From Sporolactobacillus sp. (lineage in GTDB: Bacteria > Bacillota > Bacilli > Bacillales > Sporolactobacillaceae), in contig JBHGUY010000009.1 of the NCBI GenBank assembly GCA_048976585.1, positions 148-64,147 on the forward strand: DNA of 64,000 nt. Direction: 5' to 3'. A program made the position numbers and the translations under genes. The notes under the pieces are model-generated. The model did not search any database, was not told the DNA's origin, and saw nothing but the letters and a program-made list of their open reading frames with translations. Shown piece after piece: positions 1 through 9,701 of this stretch. Each line of letters opens with the position of its first letter. Positions within the stretch are counted from its first letter, which is position 1.

Positions 1-16
1 ACAAGGCGATCGATCA

Positions 17-811
17 TTATTTTTCATTTTTTTGTTCCTCTGTTCGTATCACATAGGCATCCAGCAGGATCCGGGCAATCACCATGATCGGCAGCCGTGA
101 ATGAACTTCATAATCGGGAAAATAGGAAATGCTTGATTTATAGCCCGAAATTGTAATTTCTGAGAGCCGCCCGAGCGGACTGTCACGGTTTGTCGTCAGC
201 GTAATGGTACTGACCCCACTTGCCTTACAATTTTGAGCCGCTTCTACTAATTCCTCTGTTTTTCCGTTAAGCGAAATAAAAATCACCAAATCACTTGAAC
301 TGATTCTTTCACTCATCGTTCGAATGATATTCGGATCATTGTGCATTTCTGAATATTTTCCCAAAAGCTGCAGTTTGATCGTCATTTCTTTAGCAATCAA
401 TTCTGATAATCCCCGGGCAAAGAGCAGAATTTTATCGGCATAAATCATTTTTTGCAAGGTGTCCTCAATCGTCCCACTATCAAGCATCTGAATGGTCTGC
501 GTCACCTCGCGGGCATTCTTCAAAATGGCTTCTTTTATTTTATGATCCGCCTTTTCAACGGCAGAAAACATCGTATTTTCAGTATGCTCATCTTTTAGCC
601 GAATTTTAAATGAAGTAAATCCGCTATATCCCAGTTTCTGCATCGCTCGGACAATCGTCGCCGTCGAGACATTCGCCTCCATACTTAACTGAACGATCGA
701 CAGCTTCGGGATTTGATTCAGATGTTCCTGGATATAATGAATCAAATACTTTTCACTGGTACTCAGCAGATGCCCCCGTTCCTGCAGAACAGTCTGAAAT
801 ATTTCTGGCAT
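17..811 (-). CDS. MurR/RpiR family transcriptional regulator (HTH + SIS)
   Basis: HTH-like SIVQLSMEANVSTATIVRAMQKLGYSGF and SIS motif VIFISLNGKT. Start revised to ATG 811 (SD GAAAGGGG); the ORF-track extension to 1021 overlaps the divergent gene. Confidence 0.9.
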   Translation of the reverse strand: MPEIFQTVLQERGHLLSTSEKYLIHYIQEHLNQIPKLSIVQLSMEANVSTATIVRAMQKLGYSGFTSFKIRLKDEHTENTMFSAVEKADHKIKEAILKNAREVTQTIQMLDSGTIEDTLQKMIYADKILLFARGLSELIAKEMTIKLQLLGKYSEMHNDPNIIRTMSERISSSDLVIFISLNGKTEELVEAAQNCKASGVSTITLTTNRDSPLGRLSEITISGYKSSISYFPDYEVHSRLPIMVIARILLDAYVIRTEEQKNEK

Positions 812-830
812 GATTTCGCCCCTTTCAATT

Positions 831-844
831 TGTAAAGCCTTACA
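831..844. promoter_or_regulatory. Palindrome TGTAA-AGCC-TTACA between the divergent RpiR and kinase genes (cre-like or RpiR operator)
   Basis: Inverted repeat seen directly. It resembles the CcpA cre consensus but with the central CG inverted. Confidence 0.4.
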
Positions 845-934
845 GAAATTATAGCATGTTTCGAAAATGTTTTCGTCAGAGATATGCGATACTAGATTCA
901 TGGAGGACGGATGAAAGAAAGGAGTCAGAGAGAT

Positions 935-1873
935 ATGATCTATACATGCACGATGAATCCGGCAATCGACCTGTTTTGCGAGTTTCAGACATTCAATCCT
1001 TATATCGTCAATCGCAGTCATTATGAAGATTATCAGGCCAATGGTAAAGCTATTAATATTTCACTGATACTCAAAAAAATGGGAATCGACAGCACCGCCA
1101 CCGGTTTTATCGGCGGTTTTACCGGAAATTTCATCGAAGAGACATTAAAAAGGCAAGGCATATCCACTTCTTTTATCAAGGTGGACGGGATCACACGAAT
1201 CAATACGTTTATAAGATCCGGAGATTTAGAATACAAGGCTGTCAATCACGGCCCCGAAATTTCATTTCAGGCACAGGCCCATCTTCTGGAATTCATTGGC
1301 ACATTAAAAAAAGAAGATATGTTATTTGTTTCTGGTTCACTGCCCAAAAATGTGGAAGACAAGATTTTAATCGAGATTTCCCGATTAGCAGAAAAAATTG
1401 GCTTTCATCTAATCCTCGATGTCAGTTCTAAAATTTTGCTGGATTGTCTGCCCTATCATCCGCAGTTGATTAAGCCAAGTGATGAAGAGCTTGCTGCTTT
1501 CTTCGGCCAATCTTCTGAACAAAAGATGACGGAAGAAGAAATCATTGCTAAAGCGCAGGAATTACTCCGTCGAGGTGCCAAGCAGGTGATTGTTTCATGT
1601 GGTGAAAAAGGAGCGATCTACATCGACCCCGAGCGGACATTTTCCGTCAATGCACCAAAAGGGAAAGTCGTGAATACCGCTTGCTCCGGTGATACCTTGC
1701 TTGCCGCATTTGTCGGTTCACAGCTTAATGGAAAGCGACTTGAAGAGGCCTTGGCCTATGCCATTGCAGCTGCTTCTTCAACCGCATTCACGGCAGGATT
1801 AAGTGATTTGGCCGATGTTCCCGAATTACTGAAGCAGATCCATATAAAGAATAAAATTGAAAGCGAGGCTTAA
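935..1873 (+). CDS. 1-phosphofructokinase family hexose kinase (PfkB/FruK/LacC-like)
   Basis: N-terminal MIYTCTMNPAID, TRIN and C-terminal NTACSGDT PfkB signature. SD GAAAGGAG supports ATG 935. Confidence 0.9.
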   Translation: MIYTCTMNPAIDLFCEFQTFNPYIVNRSHYEDYQANGKAINISLILKKMGIDSTATGFIGGFTGNFIEETLKRQGISTSFIKVDGITRINTFIRSGDLEYKAVNHGPEISFQAQAHLLEFIGTLKKEDMLFVSGSLPKNVEDKILIEISRLAEKIGFHLILDVSSKILLDCLPYHPQLIKPSDEELAAFFGQSSEQKMTEEEIIAKAQELLRRGAKQVIVSCGEKGAIYIDPERTFSVNAPKGKVVNTACSGDTLLAAFVGSQLNGKRLEEALAYAIAAASSTAFTAGLSDLADVPELLKQIHIKNKIESEA

Positions 1874-1878
1874 AGATT

Positions 1879-3765
1879 ATGACCAAAAAAATACTCGCCG
1901 CGACCGGATGTCCGACTGGAATTGCTCATACGTTCATGGCCAAGAAAGCGTTGGAAGACGCAGCGCAGAAAAAAGGCGTTGATATTAAAGTCGAAACGCA
2001 TGGACAAGTCGGCATTGAAAATGGTCTGACCGATCGTGAAATTGATGAAGCTTACGCCATCATCATTGCCGCGGACAAAGATGTCGAGGAGGATCGTTTT
2101 ATCGGAAAACGCGTGATCAAGGTTTCAGTCTCCAAAGGGATTAAGGATGCCGATGAATTGATTGAGCAGGCATTAAGCGGCGATGTGCCTCCTTTTAAAG
2201 AGGGAAAACAGCGTGCTCACGGTGCAGGCAATTCTACCGCTACCCATGAATCCTTTATTCACCAAATTTACGTTTATCTGATGAACGGTGTTTCGCATAT
2301 GATTCCGATCGTTGTCGCCGGAGGGGTCCTGCTGGCCATCTCCTTCATGTTCGGCATTCATTCGGCAGAACCTGGCAACGCGCAATATAATCCGTTTGCC
2401 TTTCAACTGAATCATATTGGGGCAACGGCAATGGCCCTGATGGTACCGATTCTTTCTGCCTATATTGCCCAGGCAATTGGCAAACGTCCCGGACTGATCG
2501 TCGGTTTCATCACCGGGATGATTGCCTATACAAACGGTACAGGATTTCTCGGCGGGATCGTCAGTGGTTTTCTGGCCGGATATACCATTCTCCTGCTGGA
2601 ATACCTGCTCAAGAGTTTTCCGAAACAATTGGACGGACTAAAAGCTATCTTTCTGTTGCCTGTGATTGGCACCTTCATTGCCGGACTGATCATGTTCTTC
2701 CTGTCCTCGCCAATGTCTGCCGTGAATAAAGGCATGATGCATTTCGTCGCCGGCATGCAAAATTCAAGCCCGTTGATTCTGGGACTTGTCATTGGTGTAA
2801 TGTGTGCCTTCGATATGGGTGGTCCAATCAATAAAGCCGCTTATCTCACCGGTACCGCACTACTTGCTCAGGGAAATTATTTCTTCATGGCCGGCGTTTC
2901 TGCTGCCTGCATTGCGCCGCCGCTTGCAACCGGTTTCGCGGTTCTGTTTGCTAAAAAATCTTTTTCAACTGAAGAGCGTAATGCCGGTTATGTCAACTTT
3001 CTGCTTGGTTCGACGCATATCACCGAAGGCGCGATTCCATTCGCAGCAAAGCGACCGCTGACCGTGATTCCATCGCTGATGGTCGGTTCATCAATCGCTG
3101 CCATTCTAACTTATTATATGAGGATTCAGGTACCCGCACCGCATGGCGGTTTCATCATTCTGCCGATCGTCAATCACCCCTTCCTCTGGGTCATCGATAT
3201 CGTTATCGGCTCCTTGGTCGCCGGCTGTCTGATTGCCTGGGATCAAAAGCGGGCCATTCGCAAGCAAAATAAAGCAGAGAAAACAGAGAAAGCTGCGATT
3301 CCGATTCAGCAACAAAATGAAGACTCTCTGCTGTCAATGAGCAACGTCTATTTGGAAAATGACCAGATTAAGACAAAAGAAGAATTGTTTCAGTTTATTG
3401 CTGACAAAGCCCAAGAAAAGGGTTATGTCACCGATCGTGCAGCATTGATTGATGCCTTTAACAATCGTGAGGCGCAAAGCTCAACCGGAATGGAAAGCGG
3501 TTTCGCTATTCCGCACGCTCAATCCGCTGCCATTAATCAATCGGCGATGTTCGTGATTAAATTGCCTAATGAAATTACCGATTGGAAAACATTGGATGGA
3601 CAGGGTATCTCGATTGCCATTGCTTATCTGATTCCGGAAAAAGGCAGCACGGCACACATGCATTATCTTTCAGATATGGCGCAAAAGCTGATGAACCAAT
3701 CCGTCGTTCATGCTTTGCATCAGGCGCGAACCAAGGGTGACATCTATCAGGCATTAAACGCCTAA
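1879..3765 (+). CDS. PTS fructose-family transporter, fused EIIB-EIIC-EIIA
   Basis: IIB ATGCPTGIAHT, IIC DMGGPINK and HITEGAIPFA, IIA GFAIPHAQS. Confidence 0.92.
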   Translation: MTKKILAATGCPTGIAHTFMAKKALEDAAQKKGVDIKVETHGQVGIENGLTDREIDEAYAIIIAADKDVEEDRFIGKRVIKVSVSKGIKDADELIEQALSGDVPPFKEGKQRAHGAGNSTATHESFIHQIYVYLMNGVSHMIPIVVAGGVLLAISFMFGIHSAEPGNAQYNPFAFQLNHIGATAMALMVPILSAYIAQAIGKRPGLIVGFITGMIAYTNGTGFLGGIVSGFLAGYTILLLEYLLKSFPKQLDGLKAIFLLPVIGTFIAGLIMFFLSSPMSAVNKGMMHFVAGMQNSSPLILGLVIGVMCAFDMGGPINKAAYLTGTALLAQGNYFFMAGVSAACIAPPLATGFAVLFAKKSFSTEERNAGYVNFLLGSTHITEGAIPFAAKRPLTVIPSLMVGSSIAAILTYYMRIQVPAPHGGFIILPIVNHPFLWVIDIVIGSLVAGCLIAWDQKRAIRKQNKAEKTEKAAIPIQQQNEDSLLSMSNVYLENDQIKTKEELFQFIADKAQEKGYVTDRAALIDAFNNREAQSSTGMESGFAIPHAQSAAINQSAMFVIKLPNEITDWKTLDGQGISIAIAYLIPEKGSTAHMHYLSDMAQKLMNQSVVHALHQARTKGDIYQALNA

Positions 3766-3787
3766 CCTGCCAATAAATCTTCCGTAC

Positions 3788-3831
3788 AAAAAAAGCGCAT
3801 TCGCAAGATTTTTGCGAATCGCGTTTTTTTT
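3788..3831 (+). terminator. Intrinsic terminator after the PTS gene
   Basis: ATTCGCAA/TTGCGAAT stem flanked by A and T tracts. Confidence 0.75.
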
Positions 3832-4028
3832 GTGTCGTTTATTTTCCGGTCCATTCTTCCGTTAGCGCGAGTTGATATCTGATCTCTTTACTCGCGCTCG
3901 ATGATTGATGAAGGTTTTTGACATTGGAGCATCTTCAATGGACAATGCCGCCAGTTAGAGGATAGCAGAGGGTTCATTCGTGATCACTATCAAATGCCCT
4001 ATGGCAACAAATCATACAACCGGAAAAT

Positions 4029-4244
4029 CTAATTAAGATTTTTTAAGAGTGGGAAAAAAAGCAGAACAGCTGTAATCATCGTGAGAAGAAGCGGGAAAAG
4101 GTGATGAAGCAGTAAATGGCGTCTGCCTTGATGATCCGCCTTTCTCCACCTCACAATTATCCAGCCTGCCTTGATCACAATAAAGGCAATCATCATGCAA
4201 TAAAACAAAATAAGCATTGCATTGACTTGGCTCTCCTGACTCAT
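4029..4244 (-). CDS. Small hypothetical membrane protein (2 TM, ~71 aa)
   Basis: Two hydrophobic segments; ATG 4244 preceded by GGTGGG. Confidence 0.55.
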   Translation of the reverse strand: MSQESQVNAMLILFYCMMIAFIVIKAGWIIVRWRKADHQGRRHLLLHHLFPLLLTMITAVLLFFPLLKNLN

Positions 4245-4479
4245 TTTCCCACCGCTTTTCCTGTTAATGAACGATTGTGAAATCAATACCGTTCGATTGG
4301 CTTTTCATTGCACTATTCATACCATAGCAGGCGCGGCCGTAGCTTTATGTGAACAAATAAGCAAACGCCAAAATGGGAGATTTACTCATGTGAGATTAGG
4401 TTTACTGTCCGCTGCGCAAAAAAAGCAGGCATCCGTTTGATGGACGCACCGCTTTTCTCAATTTTTTTATCGTAGCCTC

Positions 4480-5436
4480 TTATATATTTTCAATCAGCAG
4501 ATCATCGGTTTCGTATTTGACGAAGGGATCGCCCATAACCATCGTTTGGGCTTCCGTATCGCTCGTCCCGGCGTACAAGACAAAAGTTCCATCCATCTGA
4601 CGAAGCCCGCCGCCACTGAAGACAATATCCTTCAAGTCTTCCCGCTTAGACGGTCCGTCAAGAAAATGACTTCGGGTCGCAATTAATTCAATCGGTGTAT
4701 GAAAACCAGTCGATGGGTCAAACGCGAAAGTCATCGGAAAATAATGACGATCACCTTTTTCATCAAAATAAGCGATATGACCGAGCACACCGGCATCTCC
4801 ATTTCTCAGTGGAAGGATTTCATTGGCTCCGCCCCATTCTCCTTCAGCAAAGTGTCCCTGAAGCAGCGGAGCATCCTCAATTTTCCGGCAGTCGAGTTCA
4901 TCAAGCGAATCAATCATGAAATAGCCAATCTTGCCACGTCCGCCCTTCAACCCCTGCGGGCGGGTCAGAACAAGAATGCTTCCCCCGATCAGTTGACCAA
5001 GCCGCAAATCTTTCATTCCGACTGGCCCTTCAAAGAAACGAGCAAGCGTTTTTACATTTTTTCCTTTATATAAAATCGTTCGCCAAGTCACACCGCCGTC
5101 TGAATTCTTGATCACTTCCACACCGCCGAAAACAAGCAATCCATTAATCCGCGTCACAAATGGATCCTGCAAAGGAAACATGGGCAAATCTTCCCGCAGA
5201 TTCCAAACGTCTTCTTCTTCCTCAAAAAAGCCAACAATCGCGTCCTCACTGTCTCTCGCTTCAATTCGACCGGCGATCAGTTCACCCGCCTCATCCATAA
5301 AAGGAGCACTGATGTTATAGACATCTTTGTCTCCTGCACCAGCAAACGTCAATTTCTTTACGGAACGTGCCGAATGATCTTTCTTCAAATAATCCTCCAG
5401 CAAAACTGTACATTCCGTCGCATGCTCTAAAAACAT
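4480..5436 (-). CDS. DUF1861 family protein (GT108 / Leishmania MTP-like mannosyltransferase-phosphorylase), copy 1
   Basis: Motifs DVYNISAPF, LQDPF, GPVGMKDLRL, TRPQG..GGRGKIG, EWGGANE, GHIA, KREDLKD. Clearly homologous to 49410..50336. Confidence 0.8.
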   Translation of the reverse strand: MFLEHATECTVLLEDYLKKDHSARSVKKLTFAGAGDKDVYNISAPFMDEAGELIAGRIEARDSEDAIVGFFEEEEDVWNLREDLPMFPLQDPFVTRINGLLVFGGVEVIKNSDGGVTWRTILYKGKNVKTLARFFEGPVGMKDLRLGQLIGGSILVLTRPQGLKGGRGKIGYFMIDSLDELDCRKIEDAPLLQGHFAEGEWGGANEILPLRNGDAGVLGHIAYFDEKGDRHYFPMTFAFDPSTGFHTPIELIATRSHFLDGPSKREDLKDIVFSGGGLRQMDGTFVLYAGTSDTEAQTMVMGDPFVKYETDDLLIENI

Positions 5437-5690
5437 TGCTGAGCCCCTTCCGCTGAATGCTTTCGCATTTGTTATCTGCCTAGTAATCTTTCATCAATAC
5501 TTCAAGAATTTATATTAGCAGTCTATGCCGCCAGAGTAAACCTATTTACTCAATAAAAAGCACAAATTTCTATTCAATAGGAGATGCATGGCTAACAAGC
5601 CGCTCCGAACCACTCTTTTGCCTAAAAACAGCATCATTCAAAGCGCAGCAAATGATCAGAAATGAACTGAATGCCTGGTTTCTATGTATT

Positions 5691-5722
5691 AAAAATCGAG
5701 TAGATAAGTTACTCTACTCGAT
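5691..5722 (-). terminator. Terminator of the sorbose operon
   Basis: Perfect 10-bp stem ATCGAGTAGA/TCTACTCGAT followed by a U-tract on the minus strand. Confidence 0.75.
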
Positions 5723-5777
5723 GAATGAGTCATGATTCTATCACCAATTGAATCTTTCCGATCGCTGAAAACGATTG

Positions 5778-7043
5778 TCAGATGTTCTCGGCACTTTCTA
5801 AGACGTAGGCCTCAGCTTCCTTAGACCAAAGCCCTTCATTTTGTTCGAGAATCTCACGGAGCCCTTTATAAAACGAATTTTTTTCGGAATCCGACAAAAT
5901 TTCTTCCAATGATTTCCGCGGCATATTCTTTTGGACGTAGATCAGTTTTTTACCACTCGGCAGGAGTGATGGTAATTCCAGTGTCGTTTCGGCAACAGCA
6001 TTCAATCCTAAAATATGAGAAACAACCTTTTCAACCTTTAGTTTTCTTTCTTCAACCAGCTTAATGGCTGCACGCATATCATCGGTATTTCCGCCAGAGG
6101 TTCCCACATAATGGGTGAAATTATAATGAATATCGTACAAATTCACTTCAGCAAAGAAATTTTTATCCCGCGGCCCGGCAAAGAAATTGAGACAGCCGTC
6201 TTTTGCCAGCAAACTCGAAGCCTGCTTAATCAACGGTTTTACCGGAGCGAGAACAAAGACATCATCATAGGACTTATTATTAACCACGGATTGGAGATAG
6301 GCCGCCTGATCTTCATGCTTCGCCACGTTCACGTAAACGAGGTTCACACCATCTTTGCGGGCCTCTTCAGGACTATAAAGTCTGGCAGCGTTATTCAATT
6401 TGTCATCACTAAGATCGGTGACGACCAACGTTTTAGGCTGCACCGGTCCGTGAAGCGCATAATCAATCTGCAATAAGCCCATCGGTCCCGTTCCGCCCAT
6501 GATTAGCAGATTGCCATTCTTCTTGATACCCATTTTGTGATCATAGGTGCCCTCAATGAGATGATAATTTGCGTTAAATCCCCCGACAACACAGGAGAGC
6601 GGTTCAAGAAGCGAACCTTCGAAATAACTTTCACCGTTGTACTGGAGTAAACAATCCTGTTCCATGACTTCACGCGGAATAACGATATAGGTTGCATCCC
6701 CGCCAATATATTGAAAGGAATATCCCGGGCAATCCGGCCGGTCAGGCAGCTGCAGATTAGGCTGTATCGCGTATTTATTCCCTTCCTGAAATTTATCTTT
6801 CCATTTTGCCCCAACCTTTACGATTTTGCCGCAGAATTCATGACCGACGATGATCGGTTTTTCGGCAACATTATTAGGAACTTTCTTGTGATCCGGACCA
6901 ATCTTGGCTTCCTTCCAAGAGGACATGCAAATACTATCTGTGACAACTGTTGCCAGAATCTCATCCTCTTTAATTTCCGGAAGTTCAAATTTTTCGAGCC
7001 GCAAGTCTTCTTTTCCATATAAGCGAAGTGCTGTTGTTTGCAT
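5778..7043 (-). CDS. sorE: L-sorbose-1-phosphate reductase (Zn-dependent MDR)
   Basis: MQTTALRLYGKEDLRLE, GHEFCG, GGTGPMG, HYNFTHYVGTSGG typical of SorE; operon context. Confidence 0.88.
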   Translation of the reverse strand: MQTTALRLYGKEDLRLEKFELPEIKEDEILATVVTDSICMSSWKEAKIGPDHKKVPNNVAEKPIIVGHEFCGKIVKVGAKWKDKFQEGNKYAIQPNLQLPDRPDCPGYSFQYIGGDATYIVIPREVMEQDCLLQYNGESYFEGSLLEPLSCVVGGFNANYHLIEGTYDHKMGIKKNGNLLIMGGTGPMGLLQIDYALHGPVQPKTLVVTDLSDDKLNNAARLYSPEEARKDGVNLVYVNVAKHEDQAAYLQSVVNNKSYDDVFVLAPVKPLIKQASSLLAKDGCLNFFAGPRDKNFFAEVNLYDIHYNFTHYVGTSGGNTDDMRAAIKLVEERKLKVEKVVSHILGLNAVAETTLELPSLLPSGKKLIYVQKNMPRKSLEEILSDSEKNSFYKGLREILEQNEGLWSKEAEAYVLESAENI

Positions 7044-7076
7044 GATTCATAGTCCCCTTTGATTTAATATCCGTAT

Positions 7077-7907
7077 TTATTTCAAGAATCCCAACCAGAA
7101 ACCGAGAATACCCAAGCCAAAAAGTGCGAATATCAGTAAAATGGGGCTCGCTTTCTTCTTTAGCAAATACATCATTAGCAGGGTTAACCCGAGCGAAAGA
7201 AGTCCCGGACAGAGTTGGTCAAGAATTCCTTGTACCGTCATCGTTGACTTAACTCCCGCTTGATTCGTTGTTTGGGAAATGATAATCGGCACATTTATTT
7301 TGGTCCACTTGGTAACCAACACGCCCATAATGAAGAGCCCAAGAATTCCAGCACCTTCTGTTAATTTTTTTAGCGTATTGGATGCCATGTCTTTAACAAT
7401 ATCCATCCCTGCTTTATAACCATAGGTAAGTCCATACCATTTCAACGCGAGTCGGACGAGGTTGAAGCTTAGGAAAAAAATGATCGGGCCAAGAATATTT
7501 CCATTTACCGCAAAGGTAGCACCCAGTGCTGCTGTGATCGGTCTTAACGTCCCCCAGATCAAGGGATCTCCAACACCAGCAAGCGGGCCCATAAGACCTA
7601 CCTTCAAACTATTAATCGCTCCATCATCGATTGCTTCTCCGTCCGACCGCGCTTCTTCCATCGCAGCGGTGACACCGACTACCGGGCCACAAACGGCGGG
7701 TGTTGTATTAAAAAATACCAGATGGCGTTTCAAGGCTTCAGCTCGTTCTTCCTCAGTATCATAAAAGCGACGGATTGCCGGAACCATATCGAAACAAAAC
7801 CCCAGAGCATGAATACGTTCATAGTTAAAGGACGCTTGCTGGAAATTCGTTCGCACAAACATGCCAAACAAATCCCTTTTCGTCAGTTTTCTACTTGTTT
7901 CGGCCAT
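7077..7907 (-). CDS. sorM: PTS mannose/sorbose family EIID
   Basis: SFNYERIHALGF, LMGPLAGVGDP. Confidence 0.88.
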   Translation of the reverse strand: MAETSRKLTKRDLFGMFVRTNFQQASFNYERIHALGFCFDMVPAIRRFYDTEEERAEALKRHLVFFNTTPAVCGPVVGVTAAMEEARSDGEAIDDGAINSLKVGLMGPLAGVGDPLIWGTLRPITAALGATFAVNGNILGPIIFFLSFNLVRLALKWYGLTYGYKAGMDIVKDMASNTLKKLTEGAGILGLFIMGVLVTKWTKINVPIIISQTTNQAGVKSTMTVQGILDQLCPGLLSLGLTLLMMYLLKKKASPILLIFALFGLGILGFWLGFLK

Positions 7908-7918
7908 TTTGGCACCTC

Positions 7919-8725
7919 CTAGTCTTCCAGCATGTCATCCGCAAGAGGCGGTGACTGCCCAGACGAAGAATTAGAATGATTGTTTTCGTGATACTTCGGA
8001 CTTAATTGAATATAGACAAGAGCAATAATCAAACCGATAGCACCAAAAGCAACTAAACTGAAATTGAGATACGAAGCAAGCAGAAAACCCAGGAAGAAAA
8101 ACGGCATGAGATATTTGGCGCCCATCATATTTAAGACCATGGCATAACCAACAGTAACAATGAATCCTCCGGCTACATTAAGTCCTCCTGTAACCACTGG
8201 AGGAATGGAATTGAGCAGATGCTGAACACTTCCAGCATTCATAAAAATGGTGACAAGCAAGGCCGGAATTGCCACTCTTAACGCCTGAACGAGCAAAGCG
8301 GATAAATGGAGAAAGTCGATCAGATGAAAATTTGCTTTTTTGGCTGCGCGATCTGCTGCATGTTGAAAAAATACAGTAACCGTTCGCGCAAAAACAGTCA
8401 GGACCTGGCCTGCGGCAGCCACTGGAAGTGCGATTGCGATACCCGCCTGAATATCCTGCTTGCCTACGATGACAAGAATAGTCGAAATGATACTGGCCAA
8501 CGCTGAATCCGGGGATTGAGCGGCCCCGATATTCATCCAGCCTAGAGCTATGAGTTCCAGCGTCCCTCCCAGAATAATCCCTGTATGAAGATCTCCAAGA
8601 ATCAGTCCGACAACCGTACAGGCAATCAATGGTCGGTGTGTCTGAAATTCATCGAGCACACTGCCCATTCCAGCAATACACGAAAAGATGAATATCAATA
8701 TAATCTGTAAAAGGTTAATGTCCAT
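7919..8725 (-). CDS. sorA: PTS mannose/sorbose family EIIC
   Basis: DEFQTHRPLIACT, GWMNIGAAQSPD. Confidence 0.88.
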   Translation of the reverse strand: MDINLLQIILIFIFSCIAGMGSVLDEFQTHRPLIACTVVGLILGDLHTGIILGGTLELIALGWMNIGAAQSPDSALASIISTILVIVGKQDIQAGIAIALPVAAAGQVLTVFARTVTVFFQHAADRAAKKANFHLIDFLHLSALLVQALRVAIPALLVTIFMNAGSVQHLLNSIPPVVTGGLNVAGGFIVTVGYAMVLNMMGAKYLMPFFFLGFLLASYLNFSLVAFGAIGLIIALVYIQLSPKYHENNHSNSSSGQSPPLADDMLED

Positions 8726-8742
8726 CTCTTATCACCCTTCCC

Positions 8743-9234
8743 TTAGGTAAGTGCAATATTTTCAAGTTTTTTCATTAAATCGACGGCAGGATCACTATCA
8801 ACAACTCGCAGGTCTAGCTTCACACCGCGTGCATTTAATTCTTTGAAAGCGGCAATATCATCTTTTCCGACCGATACAGCTTTAGTGATCTGTTTTTTCC
8901 CCTCTCGGAACGCCATACCGCCAATGTTAATTGTTTGAATGGGAACATCTTTTTTTACCAGCCTAAGGACGTCATCAGGGCATGTAAATAGTAAGAAAAC
9001 GGTTTCATTTTCATAAAAAGGATTAAAATAGACCTTGCTTGCCTTTTCAATATCACAAATATTGACTTTGATGCCTGGAGGGGCAGCCTGTTTCAGCAAA
9101 GACTTTCGTACTTGATCGCTCGCCACTTCATCGCTGCAAATAATAATCCGTTTCGCATTCGCTTTTTTTGCCCAAACGGTGGCGACCTGCCCATGAATCA
9201 ATCGATCATCAATTCTAGCAAAATTGATTTTCAT
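8743..9234 (-). CDS. sorB: PTS mannose/sorbose family EIIB
   Basis: RIDDRLIHGQV phospho-His motif. Confidence 0.9.
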   Translation of the reverse strand: MKINFARIDDRLIHGQVATVWAKKANAKRIIICSDEVASDQVRKSLLKQAAPPGIKVNICDIEKASKVYFNPFYENETVFLLFTCPDDVLRLVKKDVPIQTINIGGMAFREGKKQITKAVSVGKDDIAAFKELNARGVKLDLRVVDSDPAVDLMKKLENIALT

Positions 9235-9665
9235 AGAAGTTCATCCTCCTCATTCTCACTCTTTTTCAGCATCTCGCTAAAAAATTTAATCGTTTCAGGT
9301 GAAACTTGTTTGAGATAGGCGATAATTCCTGCTAAATCTTTTTGATTCTGATTGGATATGGCCTCTAATAAAAGCGGTAGGTTCACACCGGCCAAAACAT
9401 CCAAATTTTTATCTTCATAGGCCAGGGCAGCCGCAGCATTGTAAGGGCTCCCGCAAAACAAATCCGTTAATATTAAGCATTCTTGTAAATCATTCTCTTG
9501 CAAGGCCTGATTAATCTTTTTCTTAAGGTCATCCTGGTTTTCTCCTGGAACAAAACGAATCGGATAGACATTTTGGACCTTTCCAAAAATCATCTCAGCA
9601 GAGCGCTTTAACGATTCGGCCAAATCCCCATGTGCACAGATAATGATAGAATACATACCGTTCAC
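9231..9665 (-). CDS. sorF: PTS mannose/sorbose family EIIA
   Basis: IICAHG, LTDLFCGSPYN, GVNLPLLLE. Confidence 0.88.
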   Translation of the reverse strand: MNGMYSIIICAHGDLAESLKRSAEMIFGKVQNVYPIRFVPGENQDDLKKKINQALQENDLQECLILTDLFCGSPYNAAAALAYEDKNLDVLAGVNLPLLLEAISNQNQKDLAGIIAYLKQVSPETIKFFSEMLKKSENEEDELL

Positions 9666-9701
9666 TACCTTCTGACTTTAATTTCAGTAATCATTTGACT
9701 T

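Noticed and set aside
812-1021. N-terminal extension of the RpiR ORF in the track
   Set aside because: It overlaps the divergent kinase and its promoter; a good SD and the homology start at 811.
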